A stretch of DNA of 64,000 nucleotides from Nitrospirota bacterium. GTDB taxonomy: Bacteria > Nitrospirota > UBA9217. Under the pieces are notes generated by a model. It was not told the DNA's origin and did no database searches. It saw only the letters and a program-made list of their open reading frames with translations. Each line of letters opens with the position of its first letter. The stretch's first letter is position 1. A program made the position numbers and the translations under genes. Of the stretch, positions 1-10,313 are shown one piece after another. Location: NCBI GenBank assembly GCA_963737155.1, contig CAVTRN010000002.1, positions 2,560,001-2,624,000 on the forward strand, written 5' to 3'.

Positions 1-674
1 AAGCTGAAACTGTTGAAGGCCGGTGGAAACATGAGTTCAGGAACTTGCTCGTCGCTCAAGGTCTTTTTGACCTTGTCGGCAAGGTCCTTTTCCACCGTAA
101 TGAGACCAACGAGTGAACCGTCCTTCGCAGACTTCGTCACAAGTTCGAATTTCCAGTCCGTTATGCGCGAAAGGGCCTCTTTCAGGCGCTGAACCATATC
201 AGGTTCGCGGATAGTCAGGCCGATGAATTCCAGATCCGGTGTTTCTTTTACATTGCCGATGAGCGGCGATAATGTCCCGAAGAAAACGGCATAACGCTGC
301 AATTCGCTGAGTTCTTTCCGGAGAAATTCTTTCCGTTCATTCCTCTCCTTGATAGTAGTAATATGTCTTTCGATGATTGTAGCCACAGCATCGATAACCG
401 GACGCGGATCTAGGTAACTGCTTCTGACCGGCATTTTGGGCAAAAAGGACAGGAGTTCGTTAATCCTGGTTCGAAGTTCGTTGAGAAAGGTCCTTTCCAT
501 CATGGCTTTTTCGTCAAGGTTATAAGATCGGATATCTTCCTCATGCCCTTCTTCGAGAAAGCCGACCGCTGCCGGCTCAATCTGGAAGACACCAAGCTCC
601 CGCAGCCTGGAGAGTACATCCTGCAGCACGTTTTTCGCCCCGACAATTTCTATTTTTGCCATCCTGACGATCAT
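1..674 (-). CDS. ntpI: V/A-type ATP synthase subunit I, 5' part (runs off the window start)
   Basis: Not in the ORF track. Manual translation from ATG at 674 gives MIVRMAKIEIVGRKNVLQDVLSRLRELGVFQIEP, a typical subunit I N-terminus. Lies directly downstream of a subunit G/H-like gene. Confidence 0.8.
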   Translation of the reverse strand, partial: MIVRMAKIEIVGAKNVLQDVLSRLRELGVFQIEPAAVGFLEEGHEEDIRSYNLDEKAMMERTFLNELRTRINELLSFLPKMPVRSSYLDPRPVIDAVATIIERHITTIKERNERKEFLRKELSELQRYAVFFGTLSPLIGNVKETPDLEFIGLTIREPDMVQRLKEALSRITDWKFELVTKSAKDGSLVGLITVEKDLADKVKKTLSDEQVPELMFPPAFNSFS

Positions 675-677
675 AGG

Positions 678-998
678 TCATCCAGGAAGGATTTTATGGA
701 GATGGCTCCAAACCATGCCCTTGAGCGCATCGTTTTTAATCTGCATAATCCGAGCAGCCTGCTGCTCGGTGCTTGCAATGATATTCAATGCCTTCTGTCT
801 GGCATCTTCAATGACCGTTTCCCTGGATCGGCGAAAGGATTCCTGAATGTCAACTTCACTGCGCGCAAGTTCTTCTTCAACCTCTTTTTTTCGGGCATTA
901 AGCCACTCACGCGTAGTAACCATGGCATGATCTACAGATTGCTGAATATCTTTCTCCACCTCTATGACTTCTCGCAGGATGTCGCTTTCCATAGTCAC
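678..998 (-). CDS. V/A-type ATPase subunit G/H-like peripheral stalk protein
   Basis: About 105 aa, charged coiled coil (DILREVIEVEKDIQQ...IEDARQKA), 3 bp upstream of subunit I. Confidence 0.65.
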   Translation of the reverse strand: MTMESDILREVIEVEKDIQQSVDHAMVTTREWLNARKKEVEEELARSEVDIQESFRRSRETVIEDARQKALNIIASTEQQAARIMQIKNDALKGMVWSHLHKILPG

Positions 999-1047
999 AT
1001 TTTAGCAAATAAATTGCCCACTGGACCAAATTAATTTTCACGTCAAA

Positions 1048-1400
1048 GCTGCCAGCCATGATGCCAAGACGGGAATCGGGAAAAGCGAGGTAAGGAATTA
1101 TGGAATGCCAACGAGCATAATGGCGTATTTTTGACCGCACCCGTTTTTTAAGGAAGAAGGAACGACGTTCGTTGGCTCAGTACTTAGAATTGGCTTAGAT
1201 ACCGATAAGTCCGAGAGTCAGGTGCATTTTTCGTAGTGTTGAATCGCCTGAGCGATATTACTCCGTATCCGAAGGCGCAGAATGCCCATGGCAAGATTGC
1301 GGAGCGACGCCATGACCCAGGGCGAACTTCGTTCGGATGCGGCAGCGATACTCGTCATAGGCAACATACCGGACGTAATGCACTTTATTATCAATGCCCC
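1048..1400 (-). mobile_element. ISAs1-family transposase C-terminal relic plus right-end DNA (copy 1)
   Basis: Minus-strand frames give GIDNKVHYVRYVAYDEYRCRIRTK and VMASLRNLAMGILRL, matching the ISAs1 motif IEN.LH..RDV.F.ED..RIRT...LRN.A. Frameshifted; homologous to 13582-13957. Confidence 0.75.
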
Positions 1401-1770
1401 CTGTGTCCACGATTGATTTCAAGAAGCCGTTCCAGACAGGGTTTCTGGGTGCCAAACTGGTAATACCGCTCATTACGTTATCATGGATCGTTTTGCCGAT
1501 TGGATCAGTCATGAAGCGATCGATAACTTGTTGAAAACTGGAGGGATTTATAAAGATATCACGCTTTCCGGCTGCTCTGAAAACAACTGCGGAGCAGTTG
1601 ACTTAGGGCGACCGGTGGCAATCTATCCTAAACAATGCCAATTTTAAAATTTTCAAATTACTTGGTGAAAAAAACGTTGCAGACGCCTGAATTGCAACCG
1701 TTATAATGTGGATAAGTTGCTGGGGGCAATTGCCGTTTTTAAGCGGAAAGAAATTTGGAGGTACCCAGCT

Positions 1771-2436
1771 CTATGCGTCTATCTTGATAATCCCCTTCTG
1801 GATGGCGAACTTGATCAGACCTGCCCGATTGTGGATGCCGAGTTTCTCGCCGATATTGGTCTGATGAGCGACGACAGTCTTGACGCTGATGCAGAGCAAA
1901 TCGGCCACTTCCTTGTGTGTGTACCCTTCCGCCACCAGTTTGAGTACCTGTTTTTCCCTGTCCGTAAGTTTCTCGTAGGGGTTCTCCGTATCAATATCGA
2001 GCTTTCCGTCACCGTGGAGATACCCCTTCACAACCTCGGAGGCGATGGAAGAATAGAGGTAAAGATCCCCTCTGATGATCGCCTTGAGTGCTGCAATAAG
2101 GTCGCTCCCCACCGCCTTTTTGAGCAGATATCCGGACACGCCCGCTTTCAGAAACCGCGAGATGTATTCCCGGTCTTCATACTGAGTAAGCACAAGCACC
2201 TTAATATCGGGGTGCGTTTTCTTGATCTCGATGGTCGCCTCGAGCCCGCCCAATTTAGGCATATTGATGTCCATGATGATAATATCGGGGTGCAGTTTGT
2301 TCGTTTTTTCTATCGCTTCAACCCCGTCAGACGCCTCCGCAACGACTTCGATGTCGTCGCAGAGCTTCAGAAATGCAGCGATGCCCTCGCGCACGAGGGC
2401 GTGGTCGTCGGCAATAAGGACCCTCTTCTTAAGCAT
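1771..2436 (-). CDS. NarL/LuxR-family response regulator
   Basis: REC domain (LIADDH, MDINMP, GYLLK) plus LuxR HTH (LTDREKQVLKLVAEGYTHKEVADLLCIS). Confidence 0.95.
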   Translation of the reverse strand: MLKKRVLIADDHALVREGIAAFLKLCDDIEVVAEASDGVEAIEKTNKLHPDIIIMDINMPKLGGLEATIEIKKTHPDIKVLVLTQYEDREYISRFLKAGVSGYLLKKAVGSDLIAALKAIIRGDLYLYSSIASEVVKGYLHGDGKLDIDTENPYEKLTDREKQVLKLVAEGYTHKEVADLLCISVKTVVAHQTNIGEKLGIHNRAGLIKFAIQKGIIKIDA

Positions 2437-4276
2437 TTAAAACCTCCGATGATGCCAGGGGAATCTGTAGGTGTATCTTCGTGCCGATGCCGGGCTGAGA
2501 GAATATTTCGAACTTCCCCCCGAGCAAGCCCACCCGTTCCTTCATGCCCATAAGGCCCAATCCTCTGCGATCTTTCAATTCATGCGTACTTGAATGGAAG
2601 ATCGCATTGAGATCGAACCCTTCTCCATCGTCTTCAATCTCCACGTGAACCATGTCATCCGCTATCTTGAACAGGACGAAGACGTTCTCCGCCTTCGCGT
2701 GTCGCGCGATATTCATGATGGCTTCCTGTATGATTCTGAAAAGGGTGATCTCCACCACCGGGCGGAATCGCCTGTCCTTCACTCCCTCGGTATTCATGAA
2801 ATAATTGATACCCTCTTCGCCGAGGTGGGTGCCAAGGAGGGACTTAATCGCCGCGGTGAGCCCAAGATCGTCGAGCAGCGTCGGCCTCAAATTCTGGATG
2901 ATGCCAATCACGCCATTCCAGGCGCTCAGAACGATTTCCCGTATCTTGTGCACTTCTTGTTCCGTGACCTTATCGGGATGGAGCTTGCACATGTCTACCC
3001 GCATGAGAGCCGCGGAGAGATCTTGGAGCGTGGCGTCATGGAGTTCACGTGCGATCCTCTTCCGCTCATCCTCCTGCGTGGTAATGATCTTTTTCAAAAG
3101 GACCTCGGCCTGCTTCTGGCTATCCTTGATCTGCCGCGTCCTCTCCTGCACCCGATGTTCGAGATCGAGATTTTGCCGCATGATCCGGTCCAGGGACTCG
3201 ACCAATTTTACCCGCATCGTTTCAAAAGAATGGCTGAGGACCCCGATCTCGTCACTGCCTTGGGGCGAAATCGACTTCGATAGATCGCCTTTCGCGATGC
3301 GGTCGGCGCCCCGTATCAGGGTCTTCAGGGGGTTCACGATGCTGCGGTTGATCCCCACCGTTAGGAGCAGCGCGGTTCCCATGAAGAACATGCCGAGCAC
3401 AACAAAATTCCTCCTGAGCTTCGCGATGGGAGAGAACACGTCCCCTCGAGGTTCCTGAATGGCTACGCCCCAAGGTGCAGTCTCAAGCGGGGCGAATGCG
3501 ATAATGGTCGGAACTTTCACGTTCTTGTTGCCAGCAACGTGACAGGAGTAGCAGGCCGTCACCTGCTCCTGATGATTGTCGATTAAGGTGGTAAAAAAAT
3601 TATCGCGGTTGTACTGGGTAAACATTCGGGACGGGACCGACGACGCCAACACCACACCGTTGGAGTCCACGACGTCGATGTATTCGTTTCTCCCCATGTC
3701 AATCAGTCCCAGAGTCTGTAGGAAAGCAGGGTTTGTCGTGTCGATCTGCCCTCCCGCGACTCCTACGGTGAGCCCGTTCTTGTCCCGCAACGGAACAAGC
3801 ACGTAGAGCACTTTCTTCATCGTTGGCTCGACGGTATAGACATTCGAAACGACGGGTTTCCCGAGAGAAAGCATTCTGTTCACCGGTTCGATGCTCATCA
3901 CATTCAGTGAGGCCTCCCTGATTCGCTCGGGATAGGTCAGAATTACCGTACCTCCTCTGTCTAAAAGGAAAACGCCGTCGGTGAATATGGAATATCGGTA
4001 TGCTGCCTTGATTGCCTCCTTCTCTGGCCGGAAGTCACTGTTCTGTAGGTCTACGATGCCTGATAGTGAAATGTCGTAAAGACGGTTGATATTGTCTTTT
4101 ATGGCATTGTCAATATTGCTCCGCACAAGGCGTGACAGTGCGAGCTTCCTGTTCAAAGAATCATCAATGTTCTTCTCGATAATGTAATGGCTTGCGATCC
4201 CCAGACCAGACAGGATGATCGAAATGCCCATCACGACAATCAGCGTAATCCGCTTGCGCAGACTCCCCCTGTTCAT
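2429..4276 (-). CDS. Membrane sensor histidine kinase (Cache-like sensor with CxxCH, HAMP, HisKA_3, HATPase_c)
   Basis: Two TM segments, periplasmic CYSCH, HAMP (PLKTL...DEIGVL), ERKRIARELHD H-box, EAIMNIARHA N-box, DDGEGF and GLGLMGMKERV. Confidence 0.93.
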   Translation of the reverse strand: MNRGSLRKRITLIVVMGISIILSGLGIASHYIIEKNIDDSLNRKLALSRLVRSNIDNAIKDNINRLYDISLSGIVDLQNSDFRPEKEAIKAAYRYSIFTDGVFLLDRGGTVILTYPERIREASLNVMSIEPVNRMLSLGKPVVSNVYTVEPTMKKVLYVLVPLRDKNGLTVGVAGGQIDTTNPAFLQTLGLIDMGRNEYIDVVDSNGVVLASSVPSRMFTQYNRDNFFTTLIDNHQEQVTACYSCHVAGNKNVKVPTIIAFAPLETAPWGVAIQEPRGDVFSPIAKLRRNFVVLGMFFMGTALLLTVGINRSIVNPLKTLIRGADRIAKGDLSKSISPQGSDEIGVLSHSFETMRVKLVESLDRIMRQNLDLEHRVQERTRQIKDSQKQAEVLLKKIITTQEDERKRIARELHDATLQDLSAALMRVDMCKLHPDKVTEQEVHKIREIVLSAWNGVIGIIQNLRPTLLDDLGLTAAIKSLLGTHLGEEGINYFMNTEGVKDRRFRPVVEITLFRIIQEAIMNIARHAKAENVFVLFKIADDMVHVEIEDDGEGFDLNAIFHSSTHELKDRRGLGLMGMKERVGLLGGKFEIFSQPGIGTKIHLQIPLASSEVLNA

Positions 4277-4385
4277 AAATGAATTATATATCAGACACGT
4301 CCAGAATGAGTAAGAATATTATGAAGAATGTCATCAAAATTGTATGTCATTTCAATTTCTTTCAATGACAAGTAATCCTTAATTA

Positions 4386-5099
4386 CTATGCTGCGGTTGT
4401 CACATCGGGCAACCCCTCCTCCCGTTCGGTAAATTCAAGCAAGTGTTCCTGGAGCATCCGCTCCTTCGAGAGACAGCCCGTAATTATGCACGTATCGAGA
4501 GGAAACACCTCGGGGCTGAAGATCGCGTTGTAGATATGCCAGATGGAGATGATGAGTAATACAACAAGGGCTTCGTTCGCATGCAGAACTTCCGCCGCCG
4601 GGATGGCCTCTCCGGGCAAAAACTTCGTGATCATGACGGGGAACCAGAGAATAAATCCGGTAGCCATCATGATCAGAGCACCGGTGAGGATGGCCCAGTA
4701 CTCGAACTTCTGCTTATATGTATAGCGTCCCCCCTCAGAGGGTTCGATTTCAAGGCCGAGGTAATACCTGATATTATGGACAGCATCGGTAAAATCTTTT
4801 TTTGTGATGACCATGGTGGGCTGCCATTTTCTATAGACAATGCCCACAACCGCTACGGAAATATGCGTGATGACTGCGAGTGAGAAAAGGACTCCCGCGA
4901 AACGATGGATAATCCTGACGCTGTCGATTCCGCCCAGTTGGATAATGAACCATTGAGATACATCGAGCGTGTAGAATCGCTGGGAGAGTCCGGTGCAGAC
5001 AAGCGTCGCCAAAAGGAGCACGTGCACCCAGTGTTCTACGATTCGGGCAGGGTGAAATCTCCTTATCCGCTCTTCCTTTGTAGTCGTGTCTTCTTCCAT
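4386..5099 (-). CDS. Di-heme cytochrome b (FdnI/HyaC-like; CbcL membrane-domain-like)
   Basis: Four TM helices with His ligands (EHWVH, IHRFAG, LHANEA, WHIY) and the GRYTYKQKFEYW motif. Confidence 0.88.
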   Translation of the reverse strand: MEEDTTTKEERIRRFHPARIVEHWVHVLLLATLVCTGLSQRFYTLDVSQWFIIQLGGIDSVRIIHRFAGVLFSLAVITHISVAVVGIVYRKWQPTMVITKKDFTDAVHNIRYYLGLEIEPSEGGRYTYKQKFEYWAILTGALIMMATGFILWFPVMITKFLPGEAIPAAEVLHANEALVVLLIISIWHIYNAIFSPEVFPLDTCIITGCLSKERMLQEHLLEFTEREEGLPDVTTAA

Positions 5100-5114
5100 C
5101 TCATCCCCCTTTCG

Positions 5115-6566
5115 CTACCTGTTCACCACATAGCGCCATATATGGAGCAGGATCTGTAATGTCAGCCCAACCACAAGGAAAGGGATAAATATTTTGAACA
5201 CGAGTGTCACTAAAAAGACCAGTGGGGCCCGCGTCATGCTCGGCTCGTAATGGGACAGCCATGCGTCTGGGAAATTTTCGGACGCGTTTGCATGACATTT
5301 CCGGCACCTCTTGACAAGATTGGCCTTGATGTTAATAGTCGTATTGGGTTCGACGGTGCTCATGATATTATGCGTGCCGTGACAGTCAGTGCAGACCGCC
5401 ATGGGTCTTGCCGGTTTGTTCAGCTTTTCCTTCTGCATACGGTAAAATCTCAGCGTGATGCCGTGGAAGTCTGAAAGGTAATTGTCCAAGACAGCCGATG
5501 ATAGGCCATATTTGCCAACGATCGTTTCATTGGCATGACAGCTCCCACACATATCAGGTATTTGCTCTTGAAAGGACTGAGAAAGCGGGTTTTCGATCTT
5601 ATGAGCAGTATGGCAGTCTGTGCATACCGGCACATCCTGATTGTTCTCGTCGAAGAGGGCGCTCCCGTGGACACTTTTTGCGTAGATGGCGTAGATGTCC
5701 TCATGGCACCTCTGGCAACGTTTCGCAATGAGAGTCCGCTCCTTGCCGATATGCGAGATTGCATGCGCGCCGTGGCAGTCTATGCAGACGGGGGCCTGCA
5801 TGTCCCCCTGACTGAGCATAGTATAATGGATGCTTTCAAGCGTCTTCGTGTATTTATCGAAATGGCAACGCCTGCACATCTCCGATAGCGCCAGAGTATA
5901 ATCCCGCATCGTGCTGAAATTCCGCTTCGGGTGCTCTTCAGAGGAAAAACCGTAGTGGCAGTCGGAACAGGAGAGCTTGCTGTGCACCGAGGTTTGAAGC
6001 ACGGAAATGTTTACCGTCGCGGAAAGCGTCTCTCCATTCCTGAATGTCGTCTGCATGGCACGGCCATGGCACTTCATGCAGTATTCTTCTTCGCTTGTAA
6101 ATGTCAGTGTCTCGGTGATCCGTCGTATTGCGTGAGAACCGTGACAGTTTGTACAGATCATCGCCTTGCCTTTTCGTGCTTCGTTCAAAAGAGCAGCGTG
6201 GATACCCTTCGCCCTGATCTGTTCATAGCTGTGGCACCGCGTACAGACGAGCGCGGCTCTTATCTGGTACTGCAATTTATTCCGGAATAACCGCCGGGGA
6301 TGCTTCCCTTCGGAGAAATCGGGATGGCACTGCGAGCACAGAAGCGCATGATGGACGGAGGTCTTAAACACATCCGGGTTCACATAGGCCGCTTCGATTT
6401 CGTTGTTCTGGAATTTTACCGTGATCCCGGGCCGGGCATGGCACGAGAGACATGTCTGGGCTTCTTCCGAAAGATCCCCCATTCCTGCAGCAGCGACGCC
6501 GACATACAGCAGGGATGCAGTAAGAAGAAACAGCGCGTAACTGACTGTACGCTTTCCTTTCTCCAT
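5115..6566 (-). CDS. 13-heme periplasmic c-type cytochrome with C-terminal membrane anchor
   Basis: 13 CxxCH motifs counted (CLSCH through CRKCH), signal peptide after MEKGKR (start chosen at 6566; ORF track starts at 6647), hydrophobic C-terminus. Confidence 0.92.
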   Translation of the reverse strand: MEKGKRTVSYALFLLTASLLYVGVAAAGMGDLSEEAQTCLSCHARPGITVKFQNNEIEAAYVNPDVFKTSVHHALLCSQCHPDFSEGKHPRRLFRNKLQYQIRAALVCTRCHSYEQIRAKGIHAALLNEARKGKAMICTNCHGSHAIRRITETLTFTSEEEYCMKCHGRAMQTTFRNGETLSATVNISVLQTSVHSKLSCSDCHYGFSSEEHPKRNFSTMRDYTLALSEMCRRCHFDKYTKTLESIHYTMLSQGDMQAPVCIDCHGAHAISHIGKERTLIAKRCQRCHEDIYAIYAKSVHGSALFDENNQDVPVCTDCHTAHKIENPLSQSFQEQIPDMCGSCHANETIVGKYGLSSAVLDNYLSDFHGITLRFYRMQKEKLNKPARPMAVCTDCHGTHNIMSTVEPNTTINIKANLVKRCRKCHANASENFPDAWLSHYEPSMTRAPLVFLVTLVFKIFIPFLVVGLTLQILLHIWRYVVNR

Positions 6567-6749
6567 AGATACCCCGTATGCACAGCCTCGGGCGCTTTGC
6601 GCATTACTACACATCTTCAGAGGCGAGGAGAAGTGAGATAAACTCAAGGACGAATATCGAAATCTTAAAGAATATTTTATTGGATTTACGGTTTCGTGCT
6701 ATGAATTTGCCGTGATCTCCTTGCCCCCCTTGTTAACTTCTCATCGACC

Positions 6750-7997
6750 CTAGTGAGACTCATACTCCGCATCTGCATGAAGCACGGGCATACGGTTCAA
6801 AATCCATCGGAATATCAGTATATGAATCGTCACGATTGTGACCACAACCATCGTCTCTTTCCACCCGGGAATGATGGAATCGAGGTGATGCGGGAGCAGC
6901 CAGTTCAATGCAATAATCGAGACGTTGAGCCTGTTGACGATAATCCCGACCACGGCATAGAAGGCCGCAAATCGTACGACACCGACGCTCTGTTTTTTCA
7001 CTCCATAAGTGAACAGCAGCATAGGGACCAGGACGAACCCAATGAGTTCGACCAGAAACCAGTAACCGTATGGGGTGTTCAGGAGACCCCAGTTATTGTC
7101 ATGGGCAATGCCGATGATCTTGAACACAAAATAGACAAACATACCAACAGCGGCGCCCTGCCCAAGGCCAAGAGTCAGCATGGGCAGACTATCCCGAAAC
7201 CTCTGGTCTGTCCTGTTCTTCAGGAATTGGATCGCGAGGGTACTGACGACGATCACCATTGCCAAAGCCGCATAGATGCTCGAACAGAGGAAAAACACCC
7301 AAATGTACGGGCTGTACCACAGCGGGTGAAGCTTTCCCGGGACAAGCAAGTACATCGCGCCGAGCGCAGATTGATGCAGCGTCGAGAGTATGATGCCTGC
7401 TATCGTCATGCCGATCGTGACCATCACCGCCCACCTGCGAACCCTCTGCGATCTCAGCCACTCCAAGATGGCAGGGCTGAATTCAACCACTTGGACCGTT
7501 AGGTATGTGGCCACATGCCACGCCACCAGGAAGAGCACCGATTGGGTGCCGAACCCTATGATCATGGGATAGTAGATCCGCCATGGCCTGCCCAAATCGT
7601 TCAAAAGGTACACGACGGCGAAAAAATACCCCAGTAACCCGGTGAGCACGGAGAGCCTCAGGAGTGGATGGTACCTCTTGTATCCGAAGATGTAATACGC
7701 CGTAGCCATCACGAATCCCGTGGCCGACAGCGGAACACCGCCGAAAAGTCCCCATCCGAGGAACAACCCCCAAGGGTACTCGTTCGAAGCACCGGTCACC
7801 AGGTAGAGCCCGAAGAGAAAACGCATCGCAATGAGCGGCAACCCCACGCTCAGGATGATCGCGGCGACAATATTGAACGGCGTGAGCAAATTCCTAAAAT
7901 ATTCAGGCCAGGTCATGTCCATTAGCAGCTTGCTCATGAACCATGACCGGAAGTCTCTTGGCCGCTCCTCAACCTTGACAGCCATGTTCGTGCTCAT
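6750..7997 (-). CDS. NrfD/PsrC-family integral membrane protein (HmcC/HybB-like)
   Basis: About 10 TM helices; YPWGL, DLGRPWR, STLHQSALG, KLHPLWYSP and NRLNV motifs. Confidence 0.92.
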   Translation of the reverse strand: MSTNMAVKVEERPRDFRSWFMSKLLMDMTWPEYFRNLLTPFNIVAAIILSVGLPLIAMRFLFGLYLVTGASNEYPWGLFLGWGLFGGVPLSATGFVMATAYYIFGYKRYHPLLRLSVLTGLLGYFFAVVYLLNDLGRPWRIYYPMIIGFGTQSVLFLVAWHVATYLTVQVVEFSPAILEWLRSQRVRRWAVMVTIGMTIAGIILSTLHQSALGAMYLLVPGKLHPLWYSPYIWVFFLCSSIYAALAMVIVVSTLAIQFLKNRTDQRFRDSLPMLTLGLGQGAAVGMFVYFVFKIIGIAHDNNWGLLNTPYGYWFLVELIGFVLVPMLLFTYGVKKQSVGVVRFAAFYAVVGIIVNRLNVSIIALNWLLPHHLDSIIPGWKETMVVVTIVTIHILIFRWILNRMPVLHADAEYESH

Positions 7998-9022
7998 TTT
8001 TTCACCTCCCTTTTAGCCTCTTCCTCTTTTTTCTCTTTCTCTTCCTTATCGAATTCTTCTCTATGTCGCAACGCTGCGTAGATCGTCCCGAAGAGTGCCG
8101 GCCATGCCGTTAATACAATGGGAACCGCAGAGAGGAAACCCTTGGTCTCTTCAATGAGCGGCGTCTTGGGAAGATTTGTTGGAAAACCTAGCTGCTCAAA
8201 GGGGATTCCCGCGATATAGATCCAGTTTGTGCCTCCCACCTCGTGCTCGCCGTAAATATGGTTCACATATTTTCCGGGATTATTGTCTATTCTCTCCCTG
8301 GCTACTTTGAGCAATTCCTCGCGCTTCCCGAAGGTGATCGCCCCCACTGGGCAGGCTTCGGAGCAAGCGGTCATTTTACCCTCTTTGATCCGCGGATAGC
8401 ACATGGTGCACTTCTGTATGCGCGGTTCGAATGCGCTCCAGTAATCATAGGCCGGGATGTAGAAAGGACAGGCTGTCATGCAGTAGCGGCACCCGAAACA
8501 CAGGTCGGGATTGTACTTGACCGCCCCTTCCGGCGTTTTCGAATAAGCGTGGATTGGGCAGGACGTGAGACAGGCCGGTTCCTTGCAGTGGTTGCACTGT
8601 ATTTTCCGGTATATCGGCTTGCTTTTGTCCTTCGGATTTTCATACCGATTGACCACTGTGTAAGCCTTCACCGTAGGCATTCGCTTCTCTTCGAAGACGG
8701 AGCCGTCATCGAAGGGCTTGTCCGGCGCTGGCAGGCCGTTGAATTCGTTGCATGCCTTCTCGCAGCTTCGGCATCCAACGCAGGCGGTTAGGTCTGTTAG
8801 CAAGCCAAAGCTATTGGGATACCCTTCGAAGTCCTCGGCGGCAAAAGATTTACCCGGACGGCCCAGAAGCAGCGTGCCACCGATCGCGCCAGCCGTCCCC
8901 AAAAAGAACCGCCTGTTCATCTGTAAACCGGGGTCTTTCTTCTCCTCGTTTTTCTTCTCATCGAGGGGGCCGTCTGCAGGTTGTTTGGTTTCTTTCTTCA
9001 TGGAAACCTCCTTAGTCATCAC
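7994..9022 (-). CDS. Tat-exported 4Fe-4S protein (HmcB/HybA-like)
   Basis: NRRFFLG twin-arginine motif; CVGCRSCEKAC, CNHCKEPACLTSCP, CFGCRYCMTACP and CTMC...CSEACP; C-terminal TM helix. Confidence 0.92.
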   Translation of the reverse strand: MMTKEVSMKKETKQPADGPLDEKKNEEKKDPGLQMNRRFFLGTAGAIGGTLLLGRPGKSFAAEDFEGYPNSFGLLTDLTACVGCRSCEKACNEFNGLPAPDKPFDDGSVFEEKRMPTVKAYTVVNRYENPKDKSKPIYRKIQCNHCKEPACLTSCPIHAYSKTPEGAVKYNPDLCFGCRYCMTACPFYIPAYDYWSAFEPRIQKCTMCYPRIKEGKMTACSEACPVGAITFGKREELLKVARERIDNNPGKYVNHIYGEHEVGGTNWIYIAGIPFEQLGFPTNLPKTPLIEETKGFLSAVPIVLTAWPALFGTIYAALRHREEFDKEEKEKKEEEAKREVKK

Positions 9023-9052
9023 GCTCTCACTTGGTTATGCACGTGTGCAGAC

Positions 9053-9538
9053 TTACCGGGTCTGCATCCCTACCTGTCTCACCTTTCTAGCATGGCATAG
9101 TTCCGTGCACCCCTTTGGATCCAGCCCCACGTCGCTCATCCCTAGGTGGCATTTGAAACACGTCTGGTGGTACGCGACCTTGAGCCCCGGCATTGTCGGA
9201 TTTCCGGGGTCAGGAGCGCTGTGGCAACCGGAACAAGGTAAAAAATTTTGGACGACCGAATTCTTGAAAACCGACGGGTTCAGGTTGTGGCACTGCTGGC
9301 ATGTCGACGCCGCGCCGTTCCCGTGATGATGGCAGGCGTCGCAATTGCCCGCTATCGGTAAATGCTTCGTGTGGTCAAACGTTACCGGTTCATACACGTC
9401 TGAAATGCTGCTCAACACACAGATCCCCGGAAGACGTGCTGCTGGGGATGAACTCGTTGGGCTCTCTCCCGCGTAGAGATATGCCGCGAACAGGATGCCC
9501 AAAGACAGCCCCAAGACGATGCATGCTCTCTTTTTCAT
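9053..9538 (-). CDS. Class III cytochrome c3-like protein (4 CxxCH plus 1 CxxxCH)
   Basis: PVTFDHTKH, CDACHH, CQQCH, CSGCH, AYHQTCFKCH, CTELCH; signal/anchor after MKKRAC (ORF track starts at 9595). Confidence 0.88.
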   Translation of the reverse strand: MKKRACIVLGLSLGILFAAYLYAGESPTSSSPAARLPGICVLSSISDVYEPVTFDHTKHLPIAGNCDACHHHGNGAASTCQQCHNLNPSVFKNSVVQNFLPCSGCHSAPDPGNPTMPGLKVAYHQTCFKCHLGMSDVGLDPKGCTELCHARKVRQVGMQTR

Positions 9539-9796
9539 GTTCTTTTCTCCCTTCCTCGGTAATAGCATGGAACCTATTTCAGATATTTGCCTCAAATAAG
9601 CGACGCCGACGGGATTTTCAATTTTTGTTTTCCTTAGTCTTTGGCTTTTTTTTATTTGCCGAGAGGAACGCTCTCCGCCTAGGTGAGAATTATTTTCTTT
9701 TACCCTCTTTGTTCCTTATATTACTTGCTATATTCTAGCACAATTTATTAAAGTATGAATTGCCATTACTTCCCATTTTATGTCATGGAACTTATT

Positions 9797-10210
9797 TTAT
9801 GGCATCTTTTTGGACCCGGCTTTTTCCTTTTTCCTCTTCCTTCCTGCAAGATACGCCTCCACGGGCCTCCATTCAAAGGTCATGCTCTTCCCCGCCACAG
9901 CCGCCCCGCCTTTTATGGCAAGGTTGACCACCGCAGCCGCCAAGACCGCAAAGAACCCGATCGGCAGCATCACGATATAGGCGAGGCCAATGAATGGCGC
10001 CGACACTATCTTGCCCACCGTCTTCATGAGGTGACCTATCCCGCCGGACTCCCTGATATACGTAAGATCGTCCCTCCCGGTGTTAACCACGGTCTTGAAC
10101 GGTTTGGGCTTCAGAAACTCCCAGAACACCAGGAACACACCAATAGCGAGAAGAGACAGGATGTATTCGATACCCTTGACATGAGTGATGAAATCTACGA
10201 GCGTATACAT
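9797..10210 (-). CDS. Small membrane protein: HmcD-like N-terminus fused to a PFIGLxY...WRPxxAYL domain
   Basis: MYTLVDFITHVKGIEYIL...FWEFL resembles HmcD. The C-terminal half is paralogous to the two upstream genes. AGGAGG RBS. Confidence 0.75.
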   Translation of the reverse strand: MYTLVDFITHVKGIEYILSLLAIGVFLVFWEFLKPKPFKTVVNTGRDDLTYIRESGGIGHLMKTVGKIVSAPFIGLAYIVMLPIGFFAVLAAAVVNLAIKGGAAVAGKSMTFEWRPVEAYLAGRKRKKEKAGSKKMP

Positions 10211-10313
10211 GGTATTCCTCCTTTTGTGGATGAACTTTTGTTATACTGTTTTCCCCTCTATCCCTAGCAGCCTCGGATATTATTGCCGCAAATGAGCGAC
10301 GCTAACGAGATTT

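Noticed and set aside
543-3458. Long plus-strand ORFs (543-1034, 1708-2553, 2594-3283, 2805-3458) and similar ORFs opposite the trp, gat and pcrA genes
   Set aside because: They are antisense shadows of well-supported minus-strand genes and have no recognisable motifs.
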